A DNA stretch of 63,871 bases, filler included, from Platydemus manokwari (Eukaryota), in NCBI GenBank assembly GCA_037951405.1. It is 6 parts of 6 records of this genome, joined end to end, with 100 filler letters (N's around TTAATTAATTAA, not from the genome) between each part and the next. Parts side by side here need not be neighbours in the genome. Positions count along the whole stretch, not along the records: positions 1 to 11,145 come from JBBMOY010878866.1; positions 11,246 to 20,449 come from JBBMOY011283873.1; 4 more parts are not named here. One strand, 5' to 3'. This document shows, piece after piece, positions 1-12,460 of this stretch (its first letter is position 1; each line of letters starts with the position of its first letter). The notes beneath the pieces were generated by a model. It saw nothing but the letters and a program-made list of their open reading frames with translations, ran no database searches and was not told where the DNA came from. Position numbers and translations under genes: made by a program.

Positions 1-315
1 AAATTGTAAATATATTCCGTTATAAAATATATAATTCAACATCTTAATTACAAAAGATAATGATATTAATAATAATTATTATTAATATTGTTACATGGGA
101 TATACTATTATGATACTAAATAGAAATCACAACACTATTTCCGGATAAGCAGTAGATGATACAGAAATTGAGTGAATTGATTATGGGTTCGAATTTACGA
201 AAGGAATGTTATTAAATGTTGAATAGCAGATCTTATACCATATTACTGAGTTTTTCAATGCACTAATTGTTCTCCGGGATTCATTCGGTTTCATGGCAAT
301 CACAAACAATACCAT

Positions 316-383
316 TAAAATAATAATAATAATAATGATAATAATAAAAATAATAACAATAATAATAACAATAATGACAATAA
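316..383. repeat. Imperfect (AAT)n microsatellite
   Basis: Run of aat with aac/gat interruptions; source of the poly-Ile and poly-Leu ORFs 181..414 and 315..638. Confidence 0.9.
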
Positions 384-945
384 TAGAACCCCAACATGAG
401 CAATCAATGAACATCTAGTAAGCACACACACATATACATACGAATCAAATGGTTTTCTTGGATAGACTGACATAAGCAATTTCAAATCACCAAAAATTGA
501 GATGTTTTTGAAATATTTTTGCAAAATTATTTGTTTAATCGCACATTTGATCAATAATACTAAAATGTCTTCATTTGAAATCGATATAATAATATTGACA
601 ATTATTTTTTTGATGAGTTTACTACAAGGATAGGACAAATTAATTATTTGAAATGTTATAACAAAAAATATTATTAGTTAAAAATATTTATTTATGCCAT
701 TCTCTCAACATTCAATGAAACACAATTATTTTCAAAATTACGAAATGTAGAGTAGATGATTTAAATAAAATACAAGAATAAAAAAATAAATAACAAATTA
801 TTGAATCAAAATTATTAAAAATTTAAATAAAAAATAAAGAAAAATACTATTGATTTATATTATAACAAGAGGTGATATTTCACCGATAGAGTACTGGTTC
901 TATAGTAATTTCTACTCATCAATATCAGATAAGAACTAGAATTAG

Positions 946-3900
946 TCATTTACTGATTTCTCTTATCGGTGAATTATGCGAACACACTGTACTTCATTGA
1001 ATTTTAATTCCATAACAGAATATCCATCATAAATATCGAAATTTCATATTATACCTGATGATAAATTTAGGCTTCTACCAATGATTTGAGTTTTAGCTGG
1101 AGGAGACCACCAATTAATGAGACTATCAATGTACGGAACTTGTCTAAAAATACCCTATAATAAATCAATCAACTGTTTCTTCCAAGAATAAGCGCAACTA
1201 AGTACTTCTTGTTTCACTTTTTCCTCCTGTTCACGAGCCAAGTCTTCTGTTACTTTTACAATACCATCTTTAACAAGTTGAGATAATTTCTCCAAATACT
1301 GAATAGATATATATTTTCAAATCAATTGATGACAACGAAAATATCAAATCCACCTTAGATGATTCTTCTACTTGTTGAGCCTTAGCCAAAACATGATCGA
1401 CCAATTGATCGATCACTGTCGTTTGAGTGATTAATCCAAAACGGACACAAAACAAAGCGATTGTTGCCTGTTCACCAGATTCCTCTAAAACATCAATATC
1501 TAAACGACCGAGTGAAAAAGCTTCATCATCATTTCGTAATTCAAGAATCAATGTTCTGTTGATTGAATTAATATCATTCAAATACGGAGTAGAAGCAAGG
1601 AAGTGTAAAAAGGAAATATTGTTATTGACACTTGATAGATGAGAGAATTCTGTCAGAATGGTTTGACGACATGATTCCGGAAGAAATCTGAAATCAAACT
1701 CTCGTTCAAATAAAGATAATCCAATATTGAACGATTAAATATTTTTATAAATATTTTGATATTCTATACTGAACTTAGAAATCTTCAAATAAACGAGTGA
1801 ATTGATAACAATAAATATAAATCAACCATTATGAAGGTTTATACAGTTTCTCATCACGGATTACTTTATTATTTTTATTATATATATATATATATATATA
1901 CTTGAATAAATTATGTGTGAAATCTAAACATAGTGTCTCATAAATTGGTTGTTGTGTTTAAAAAATGTAAAATAAAATAATAAATGGTACTGCATAATGA
2001 TAACAAGAAATAAACTTGTGATAAAGACTATCTTTATTCATTACAAATAATGACAATCAACTAGCCTTTGTAATATTAATGTTAATCATTATTAATCTAA
2101 AAAACTGAATCTGATATTTGAAATATAAATCATTGAGGTTAATTTAAAAATACGTTGAGTAATTAAAAATTTATATAAGATTAAAATTATTAAAAATTAA
2201 TATTTGGAAATTAAATATTAATATTTATAAAAAGATCTTGCTTAAAAAATACTGTTAAACTGTCAGTTTTAAAATTATTACAATTATTAAAAGTAAAATT
2301 TAAATCTTTAAAATTTAAATTAAAAATGACGACAAAGCAGGTGGAAATAAATTTAAATTTAACATTTAAAATTTGTTTGAAAATTGATGTACTGATGAAT
2401 AGATTTTTTGTTCTGCTGTAAACATGATTTTTTTGATTTGAATATCTAGGATGAAGAAATTTTGGAAACCAACAATCATAATTAATATTAAAAGATTATT
2501 GTAAAAATAAAAATTTTGATTTTAACATAAAACAACCCTGGCAATATCTATAGTAACAGTATTTGTACTAAAAGCTGTAACATTCTGTGGAGCTTCGATA
2601 TTATGTTTCTTTCGAAAAGCGCTATCTATATAAAGAAAATTCCATCCTTTTCATCTCAAACCCAATAATTCCAAGAACCATAATCATTAAAGTGACAAAA
2701 CTTTTTGAACATTGGCTAAACAATGTAATAACTGGTGACAAAAACCACCTCTAATTACAGGTGGATTTAACATATGTCATGATTTATATTTAGCAATTTT
2801 TAATTAAATTTGATTAGCTTTTTTTAATAATAGATTTCCTCACATATCAATACTCGATTAACATGACTATAATTCCTGGTTATAATGATAAAATGAGTTC
2901 AACTGTATTACCCAAATCATCGAATTATCACAATACAATTATTATTTAAATCTGTAATATAATTGTAACAAAATAATTCAGTCCAAAAGATCTCAACTTG
3001 ACAGTCAACACATTAAGCAACTGAAAACACATTAAAAACTCGTGGCTATTTATTTGTGTTCCTTAATCTAGATTAAAGGGGAAAAAATCAGTGCAAAAAA
3101 AATTCTAATTAAAACAAGAAATTATACAGTAGTTGATAAAACAAAATGCACAAATTGCTAACCATTTCTTCAATATTTAAACACAAACAATAACCACAGC
3201 ACATAGTTATAAATACATTTAATGACGATCAATTAATAATTGAATCAATATTGGATATTGACGAAACACTTTTCTCGTAAGTGGTGTTCTCAAACGAAAT
3301 AAAATAACACTCTTCTTTTCATCTGAACAATAGCCCAATTGAATTGAAAACAAATATAAATAAAATATATTTAGATTAATACAATAAAAATTAATATGTA
3401 AACTTATTCTACACTACTCATTATATTCACATTACTACGTAGACACAATCATAAAACAAGAAAATCGATATCCATATATAGACCATAATGAACAATATCT
3501 TTCTATTATCACGATGAATATAAAATATGCAACTAATAAATGTGTTTTGACAAGAATCCCAAATGAAATAACTTCTTCAATATTAGTTTTTATCATTCTG
3601 TGACAGACTTTACGGTGGTATGAAGAATCTATAAACACAACCCATACGATAAATTGGGAAAGTGTATTTGAAAATAAGTTGAGTAGAATTTTTATTGACG
3701 AGTGAAACAGCTAAATATTTACGTACAATCTTACAATTACATTGCTTTATTATTTGATATATTTTAAGCAGATTATTAAAAATCAGCCTACATTGTTTAA
3801 TGGTATAACAATAAAATTTTCTCTATGTAATATGACGTTTTGTTTCTTCTATAATTCGATTATTCGAAAAGATAGCCGATTAGTCAATTGATCAATAATA

Positions 3901-6424
3901 ACACAGTATATAGTTCAGTACCATTTGATAATTTCACAATGCCATCAATCTCACCGAAGTGAAACGGATTACATCAAACGAATGACATGAAGATTATCGT
4001 ATAATCCGGACTATAAGGCGCACCTTAAAACAGATTTTTAGGATTTATTAATGCTGGATAAATTTAATAAACAAAATGGTAATGATGTTAAAATAAGCGA
4101 ATTTGACATTTTAGATGATGAAGAGCATTAAATCTTGCTATACATTTTTAATTTAATATAATATATTAACCAGTCAACTCATAGTTAGGATGCGTCTTAT
4201 AGTCCGGAAAATACGGTAATGATGATGTAACGAGTGATTTTGATTTTGATTTTCCCATAATTTCTTGAAATAATCATTACCTCAGAATTACAAAATAAAA
4301 AATCCATTAATATTCGAAAAATATTTGTATCATTTATTTATCATTAGGACAGTTGTTGAAAACCAGATTTTTAATCACAGTATTTATGATTAGCGTTTAA
4401 TAGATTTTAAATTGACCAAACCAGTTTTGATAAAATTATTTTATCATTAATTTCAATATTTTAGAGAATAATTGATAAATATAAAAATATATTATTCACT
4501 CACAAAACAGAGCCCAATCCTGCCCATGCCGGTAAATCAATGAATATTAACTCTTCTTTACAAGCGATGACATCTTGGAAAAGAGCTCGCTGAGTGACTG
4601 TGGAATCCATAATAGTCTGGAATGGATAAATGAATCATTTTGATGGTCAACAATAATGAAATAATCACCAACAATATGTTGTTTCATGGATGCTAGGAAA
4701 TTATTCACATCTTCCAATTTTACATCTTGACCTAGAAATAACAAAGAAAAATGATGGCTATATTAAATGTTAGCTGGCGTAGCTAATTTGTGATATACGA
4801 ATTGAAAAATAAATTAACAAGTTCAACCCAAAAATATATATCATATAAAAATTCAAATAAATTATACAAATATATTTTTAAATATAAATATATTATTTTT
4901 ATTTCAATAATTAATGTTCAGAATTATTTATCGTAATTCTAAAATTCTCAAGTCACCATTTCTTTAGAATTTTCGCAATTTCTATTTGTTCTCTATATTC
5001 CGTCAATATGATTATCCATTTACTTTCCATATTCTTATTACAAATTCAGTATTGACTTAATCTGTTCTTTTTATCTTTAATCTCTGGAATCGAATTTTTA
5101 TTTTTTTTCGAATTCTCTTAATTTATTCATAAAATTTATTTTTCCCACAGTACGCACTATCGTGATAAAAAACCAATATTAAAACTTACTTTCTTGCCCT
5201 AATTCAATTTCACGGACACGTAGTTAACTCTGTAAAATTTACGTTTTCTTAATTCGGTTGTTTTAGATAAAATTCTACTTTTCTTTACATTTCTGACATT
5301 AATTATCTTATAATTGAATCCAAATTATTGGTTACCATGTTAGTCGCTGCTATTTTATTAAATACGAATTGAAAACCAATTTAACAAGTTCGACCAAAAA
5401 TATATTTCATCACAATATTCAGACAAATTTTACACACACCTGTATATAATTTATTGTTTTTAATATAACCATACCTTATTTATAATCATAACTCCCACAA
5501 AGAGCTAAACTATTTATTATTGAAAGAGTTATAAAAATATGGTTTTTAAAAATTGAGAAAACATGTGCATACAAATTACTATCACCATGCAGAACATTGA
5601 CAGGTTTGGTAATCCTTTCTACCTATCGGTATCGGATAGAAACACAATTTCATAATTTACTTGCTAGTTGATTTCTACAGACACGATTGTTGTCACCTGT
5701 TTCATTATTTGATTATTGGTCCAAAACAATTTTGGTTTCAGATCAATGCATTCCTCCCAATAATAATTGTCATTAAGTATTTATTTAATGTAACAATTAA
5801 TTATAATTAATTATATAATTAATGAAATATAAAATTTACCAATAATATTTTCCTGTGAACAAATACGTAAACACAATCCTTCCGAAGGTAAATTGATAGT
5901 TTTTAAATTCATTTGTGGATAAGACGCTGACAAATTATCAGCCAACTTAAAATTGTTATAAAAAATTACAATTGATGTAATCATACACATAGATCAAATC
6001 TATTACCCATTGATTCAAGGAATTGAGATACAATCGATCTTCACAGTTCTCTGAATCAACGAATCGTGGTTTTCTTATGATGGAATTTTCCTCGAGATGA
6101 TTGGTACAGATTTCAGGTTTAATAAGATTGACTAGAAATAAATACATAATACAAATACAAATATTCAACCGTTTCCTCCTACCATCACCCACATGTCGTC
6201 CACTTAATGGACTATAACGAAACACAATTACTGATGGTGTTTGGCGACCTTCGAGCTATCAAAATAAAAATTCCATCAAATTCAAAGTAAAACATAAACA
6301 ATAATAAATCAACCAGAAATGAGAGAACAGTTTCCATTAAATTCTTCACTCCTTTAGCTTCAATCACTAATTTATTTGTGTCTTCTTGTTTTATGGATTT
6401 GTTGGTTCCAGGTTTGGATCGAGA
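946..6424 (-). CDS. PDXDC1: Pyridoxal-dependent decarboxylase domain-containing protein 1, C-terminal part (10 exons; 5' exons not found)
   Basis: Phase-consistent GT-AG exons: 6424-6314, 6255-6183, 6131-6007, 5945-5840, 4731-4673, 4616-4504, 1687-1354, 1298-1206, 1154-1055, 986-946. Spliced peptide includes PSVIVFRYSP, LNSLNQWLADNL...EGLCLRI, DLPAWAGLGSV, QQVEESSKYLEKLSQLVKDGI, EGIFRQVPYIDSLINWWSP and GRSLNLSS. These match recalled human PDXDC1 blocks in order (PVVVFRF, DALNRWLGEQL...EGTCLRF, DPNWSGIGVV, EGVLRQIPVVGSVLNWFSP, GRTFNLTAG). The last exon is the least certain. Confidence 0.9.
1878..1900. repeat. (AT)n microsatellite
   Basis: Pure tatata run inside the long PDXDC1 intron. Confidence 0.9.
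3490..3670 (-). mobile_element. Possible hAT transposase C-terminal dimerisation-domain relic
   Basis: Frameshifted pieces FPNLSYGL, MIKTN and CIFYIHRD resemble the hAT pattern FPNL...IKT.LR...L.IHRD. Confidence 0.35.
3997..4216. mobile_element. Tc1/mariner-superfamily (pogo/Tigger-like) MITE, 220 bp, in a PDXDC1 intron
   Basis: Left end TCGTATAATCCGGACTATAAGGCGCACC. Right end reverse complement CCGTATTTTCCGGACTATAAGACGCATCC. TA dinucleotide on both flanks (3995-3996, 4217-4218). Confidence 0.85.
4768..5440 (-). mobile_element. Pair of diverged ~100-bp direct repeats, possibly a small degenerate LTR element
   Basis: Repeats start TGTTAG at 4768 and 5338 and share ATACGAATTGAAAA...TTAACAAGTTC...CCAAAAATATAT.TCAT. 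On the minus strand the right copy ends ...CTAACA and is followed at once by TGGTAACCA (PBS-like TGG start). Confidence 0.5.
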
Positions 6425-6810
6425 CTGATGAATAAAATTAATAAAAACTTGCATATTATTTTTGATTATTAAAAATTTTATTCATATTAAACATTAATTG
6501 TTTTATTTATTACTGTTTCACATTTATTTATATTACAATTAAAACAAAAACTGATAAATCTTCAAATCAATATCTTAACAATAAATTTGATATTTCTTTC
6601 GTCTACATTCAATAATCTTTCTCCCACAAAATATAGAGTTATCATCTAGTCAGCCATTCATATGACAATATTATAAACTCATTATAGGTTATCAACGTGA
6701 GATAAAATCCCAATTACGTAAAATACAAATTTAATCCTTTTTTATTTAAAATTTTTGGATTTATTTTGTTAAAAAAAATAAAAAAAAATAGAAAAAATAT
6801 TTATTTTTTA

Positions 6811-6884
6811 GAGGCAAGGTTTCGATATAACGCGGTTTTGAGATATCGCGGAACGAATTAACCGCGTTATACGAGGGTTGCCTG
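6811..6884. mobile_element. 74-bp pogo/Tigger-like foldback MITE
   Basis: Left TA|GAGGCAAGGTTTCGATATAACGCGGTT. Right reverse complement TA|CAGGCAACCCTCGTATAACGCGGTT. GC-rich island with TA flanks. Confidence 0.7.
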
Positions 6885-9329
6885 TAAATATTTCCAATTT
6901 AACAGCAATGATAATTTTAATAATAGATAAGCTTTTAAAATTAGGTTCCTGAAATATTTATTAATGTCATATAGTGAAATAATTAGGTACAAAATCACCC
7001 AAAATAATAATTTCAAATATTAAAATGGCAATAATATCATATTTGAGGTACAAAGGTGAATTTCGACTAGAAATTCGGTTTAAAAAGAAATTGATATACA
7101 AAGAGAAAACCAACTCTTTATTATTGCGAATACTTACAGATAGATGAAATTCCGATAAAACTGACATGATAATTTGTGTTAATAATAAAGTTACTTATAT
7201 AAAGTTACGGATACAGTACAAATATCAATCTTTCAAAAGATAATCAGCTAATTTAGTAGGGGCATTGTTTTGTAAGTAGTCAGGATACTCAGTTATACTT
7301 TATTTTCATTATTCATTGCGTTAGCAAAGAATCCAGCTTTTGTGCCGTAATTGAATAAATAATAGAATATAATTGTTTCATATTATAGGTTAGTTAGTAA
7401 AAATATTCAAAAAAAACTTTTCAACCAAAAGAGCACATATATGTATTTACATTTTTCATAAAATCAATAAACATATCCTAATAAAATGCATTATACATTT
7501 TGTATAAAAATCTAACATTTTCGTTGTGTGAGCTTCATAATTTTGAAATTAGATACCTTTATGATGATGGAATCAATAATAAAGATCAGTGTTCATAGAA
7601 AACAAGTTGCCACTACAATTTTACTTCAAAAATTCAGAGGACATTTGTAGAAAATTTTGAAAAATTTGTGTGTGAATTTCAAGAAATAAATCTTTAAATC
7701 CCCATATAATGTCATTACCTATGAAACCTTAATATTGTTGAAAATTTGTTTATTGTAGTTAATTAAGTGATCAAAATTGTGAAGACAAATTTGGCAATCA
7801 TATTTTGATAATACATCTCACAGTTTATAATATCAAATAAAACAGTGAGATAATAAAAACATCAATAAGAATAAAAATAGTTTTTGTTTCTCTTTACATT
7901 TTATCTATACCATTCTTTGTCGATGAAATTCCAATAGTTAAATTTAAAATTCGATTTCTAGTCATATTAAACACCATTATAGTTATTTATTACGATTGAA
8001 CCAGATAACTCATTATGAGAAAACTATTTGATTTTTTAATAATTTAAATTATGTTATAATTCAGAAAATATGTCTTTAAAAGTATTTTTAATAAAAAAAT
8101 ATTCTATAACGCGACATGTTTATTAGAAAATATATTATAAAATCACTACAGTCTAGATTAAAAAATGTTATGCTTTTCGATACAGACACCTTGATATTCT
8201 AATATCAATTTTCATATATTAAAATACAAGAGTAAGAAATACGAGATTTGTGCGTGAAGTGAGCAAAACATTGATAAAACTTTTTATTGCATGGCGTATG
8301 TTTTTCAAATACACTATAATTTGGGTATAACTATAAAAGATTTAGGTGTATAAATACATCTGCTTGAGAATACTATACAAAATTAGCTTGTATAAAAATA
8401 TGAATAGGCCAGAAGACCTATCGAACACAAGTGGATTGCAATTGGATCATTTATTCAATCCACAATAAATTTACGGTTGGACATTTCAATAAAATTGGTC
8501 ATAATCATATCAGTGTTCATCAAAATCTAAAAATGTAGAGATTTTTTGTTTTCTACTCACTTACTTTAAAGATTTTTAAAAATTTGAAATATCTTCTTAT
8601 TTTTCATTCCGGCTACAAAAATGTATAAATTTTCTTTCAAATCAATAGCATTTTCACAAACTTTATTGCCGCTAAAATCAACAAAACATGCCGTTTAAAT
8701 AAATTTCTCTTTTATAAGAATTATGTAAAACATAACTGCTGCTTTTTTAACTTTAACGTTAAAGCATTGTTAAAGATAAATAGATGCACATTAGTGGAGC
8801 AATTAATGATGAAAACACTTTTAATATTTTCAAATTTTGATGCGAGTCAGTGTTGTTTAGCACATTCAATGAATTTATGAGAGTATTGGTTGAGGATTGT
8901 AACTGCACACCTTGTTTATTATCAAAAAATAGAGCAGAATATGCAAGAGCTAGTCGTAGAAAATGCATAAATTTACAATGTATTTTCGTAAGCTTGAAAT
9001 ACTTAAAAAATGTCGATTAAAAAAGTAGTAGACTTTTTCAGTTTTAAAATATGTTTGGCAAAAATCAGAAAAATATTCTTTTAATATGAAGAAATAAAAC
9101 AAAAAAACAAATTTATTTAAAACAATGTTTAATAAGCCATGAAAAATTGACTGTATAAATTAGAGTCTTTTAAATAATCGATTCTATAACAATGCACTTC
9201 GCATTTTATCCGTTTCACTTCCGATTATATCTCATTATCTTCTGATTCCATTAATGGTTCCACTCTTTGATCTGTTATCTTATGGATTTTTCGGCCCTCC
9301 TTTGTCTTTAGTGAAATTCTCATTGAAGG

Positions 9330-9700
9330 TATGATGTTGAGATATTTTATATTAGGCAATTTATTGCGAGTTTATGATTAAGCTATTGTGAAAGTCCAAG
9401 TTTCCGTGGGATACCATCATTCTTTTATATCCATGTTCCTAGTACACTGAAAATAAGTGTGTAAAGTTCTACTGAAGTTAAGTCTTTTCTTATTAATATT
9501 ATCCCAGAGATATTAATATTCTTCAATGTTTTGTTGTTAATCTCTTCGATGATTTTAGGTTCGTCCATTGGACATTTGATATCCACCAGTTTCTTTCGTT
9601 AATGATCAGTAAATCTACACACAAATTAGATTCAATGAATTGACATTTGTGATCATTCAGGACACGAAAGTCCGTAATATTTACTACATGATTTGCTATT
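9330..9700 (-). mobile_element. Degenerate RLE-type non-LTR retrotransposon 3' end
   Basis: Across frameshifts: VDLLIINER, LVDIKCPMDEPKIIEEINNK, VELYTLIFSVLGTWI*KNDGIPRKLGLS. Colinear with the RLE domain at 62.8-63.2 kb. Confidence 0.7.
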
Positions 9701-10384
9701 ATTTCCATTGTTTGTTCATAAGGAAATGTTTTCAATGACCTTGTTGATTTACATATACTGTTAAATGCAATTCACCAATGTTTAAGAGTATATAAATTGT
9801 TAGTATAAAATATAAATCGACATTTAATTTTCAAAATACTAAAAAATATTCTCGGAAATTTTGCTTATGTGAATTTTGACATTCTTTGAAATATTTAAAA
9901 TGTTTTCAATGAATATAATCAATTAATGAAGCATAAAATTAATTATTACGTAAACTGTTCTAATTGGTATAAAATAATGCAAAGGAATCATACAAATCTC
10001 TAGTAATTTCTTTATATAATTTTTCATGAATTTATATTTATAAATTATTAATATGCTTCTTCAATATAATCTTTTGTTCCATTAAATACCGGGATTCTTT
10101 GAAATTTACAATTTAGAGCTGTTTTATTTGTTTTGGTTAACACTGATATTTTTGATTTTTTATATTTGGAAATAAAAAATTTCGCAATACTAGATAACAT
10201 TGGTTTAAATAGAATAACATATTATGTCTGAATATAATTCGATAGAAAATTTAATTAAACCAATCACAACTCATGGAATATTATATATAGTAAAAAGACA
10301 ACTCGTTTCCATCAATATTTTATTATATTTCAAAATTACACCGTTTGTTTTTCTAATATTTAAACAAATCTAATTTTTTATCTA

Positions 10385-11145
10385 ATTTTCCCCTCCCGTT
10401 GTTTTTGAGATCCTTTTTAGCCACTCAATTCTTCGAGGTTTTGGCTCTCCCTGGAAATCAAGAAGAACTTGATGTGCACTTAAAAATTTCAAAATTCTGT
10501 GAGGACCTTCATAACGATTCCCGTTCTTCTTTATTCTATGTTATTATTTCTTCACTAAAACTTCTTCTCCAACTGTGAAAATTCTGCCACCTCTTTTTCC
10601 AGCATCAAATTTCTTTAAGTTTGTGGCTACTGATTTTAGCTGATTTTCCGTTTCTTTGATGATTTGATCGTGATGGCTTGGTTCATTTAATCGTAACCCA
10701 TGCATATTAATTCTTCGTCCAAACAAAATTTCAAAAGGAGAATGTTGAGTTGAACTTTGATATGTTGCATGATGAATTCTATCGGCGGTATTAATTTATC
10801 CCAAGCTTGTTTTTCTGATGACATCGTTGTTACCACCATGTCTCTGACCGTTCTAATCAACCTTTCGACTAAGCCATTAGCTTGATGTTGGTATGGGGAG
10901 GTAAATTCTTGTTTTATTTCAAAACGTATTGCTAATTCTTTCATTTCCCTTCCTTCAAAGACTCTACCCGGATCAGTGAGCATTGGTTTTGGAGCACCAT
11001 ACCTATAGATCCATTAATCGATGATCGCCTTCGAAATACTTGTTTCATCTTGTCGAATAAGTGGCACAAAGCTTACTAACTTACTGAATCTATCGACAAT
11101 AACCAACAAATATCTGGTTTTAGTCATAAATTCCCCAAAGTGCGC
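10385..11145 (-). mobile_element. Ty3/Gypsy integrase pseudogene with polypurine tract, cut by the gap
   Basis: RYLLVIVDRFSK...WIYRYGAPKPMLTDPGRVF...SPYQHQANGLVERLIRT (rve core), HSPFEILFGR, FTVGEEVLVK, RYEGPHRI (GPY/F). Contains stops and a frameshift. PPT-like GGGAGGGGAAAA at about 10386-10397. Confidence 0.9.
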
Positions 11146-11245
11146 NNNNNNNNNNNNNNNNNNNNNNNNNNNNNNNNNNNNNNNNNNNNTTAATTAATTA
11201 ANNNNNNNNNNNNNNNNNNNNNNNNNNNNNNNNNNNNNNNNNNNN
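11146..11245. other. Artificial contig linker
   Basis: 44 N + TTAATTAATTAA + 44 N; identical at five places. Confidence 0.97.
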
Positions 11246-12460
11246 AAATGTATGTAAAGATTGATTACAAGTTTTAATGTATATTATGATAAAGCAGCTC
11301 AAGAGCTTTAAAAATATATATATAACACGTGTATATAAAACATCTTCATTTGGTAAAAAAGCAATTGGACAAAATGATGTAGAAATTCGGAAAGAACTTT
11401 TGGTTCACCCTAATAATAATAGAGCATTTGCTTAAAATAATCATTATAAATAAAAGCATTTATTGGATATTTTATTGATTTTAATCATAATTAAAAACCT
11501 ATTTGATATAACAATTATAATTAAAGGTATTTATTTGAAGAATTATTGATTCTAGCTATAAACAATCATATTAAGCTATAATTACAATACCGACAGCGAA
11601 AATCGTTGTACTGGTAGTTTTTTCTATAAATATCATTTAAAACCAAAACCAATCTCTGAACTATATTTAAACATCGTATTGAAATCACAACCAATTTGTA
11701 ATCAATATTCTAGTTTTACCTTATAAATAAAATATTTGTATCCTCAGCGAGTAGGCAACCATCACAAAAAAACTCTACCTTGAACCCAGTTCAACTAGAA
11801 GCACTCGCATCTAAAAAATAAAACTCAAAACAAATCCAGTCTAGGGGTGCCAAGTAGGCCTAACCTCGAATAAAATCAACTAAAGGGCTCTTACAGGGTT
11901 ATCCATAAGAGACCAATTAAAATCTAAACACTTTATCAGAATAGAGTCTGTAAAATCCAGCGGTTACTAATAAATCAAGTAATAATCCCTCTTGTGCCTG
12001 GTTATTTGTTTCTCAATAACTAGTATCAATTTTGTTATTATTCATACTAATCGATTTGTCTCTATTGTAGTTAATAATCAGATCTCAATATATTTATAAA
12101 CGACTTTGATTGTTATTATATATGTATAGTAATAGTTTTTATACACAGCACCTTTGGGGTCAGGTGTTGCAAGATAAACGATAATCCAGGAACACGCATA
12201 CGTTGAGATAAACTAGCTTACTCACAAACTCAAACCAAAATACATTAAAAACCGAAACAGTATGTAAGATTTTTATTTATGTTAATTTTAAACTGTGCTT
12301 TGGTTCAGATCCGAAAATTTTAGCAAAACTTATGCTATTGAGATAAAAATCTGATGTTTTAATTACACTTCATGAGATGGAAGAATTTGTGGAAAATTAT
12401 ACTTTATTATGAAATTCAAAGAACAGCCTTTGCAACACAGTTTTAAAATTATTACATGTT

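Noticed and set aside
181-638. Poly-Ile and poly-Leu 'membrane' ORFs
   Set aside because: They are translations of an (AAT)n microsatellite.
8400-8968. Possible spliced gene or the missing PDXDC1 exons (GTAAGT...TTTTAG mini-intron near 8528-8564)
   Set aside because: In-frame stops in the flanking exons and no PDXDC1 motifs.
11190-11201. TTAATTAATTAA recurring every 9-13 kb as a biological repeat or CRISPR-like array
   Set aside because: Always centred in exactly 44+44 N, so it is an assembly linker.
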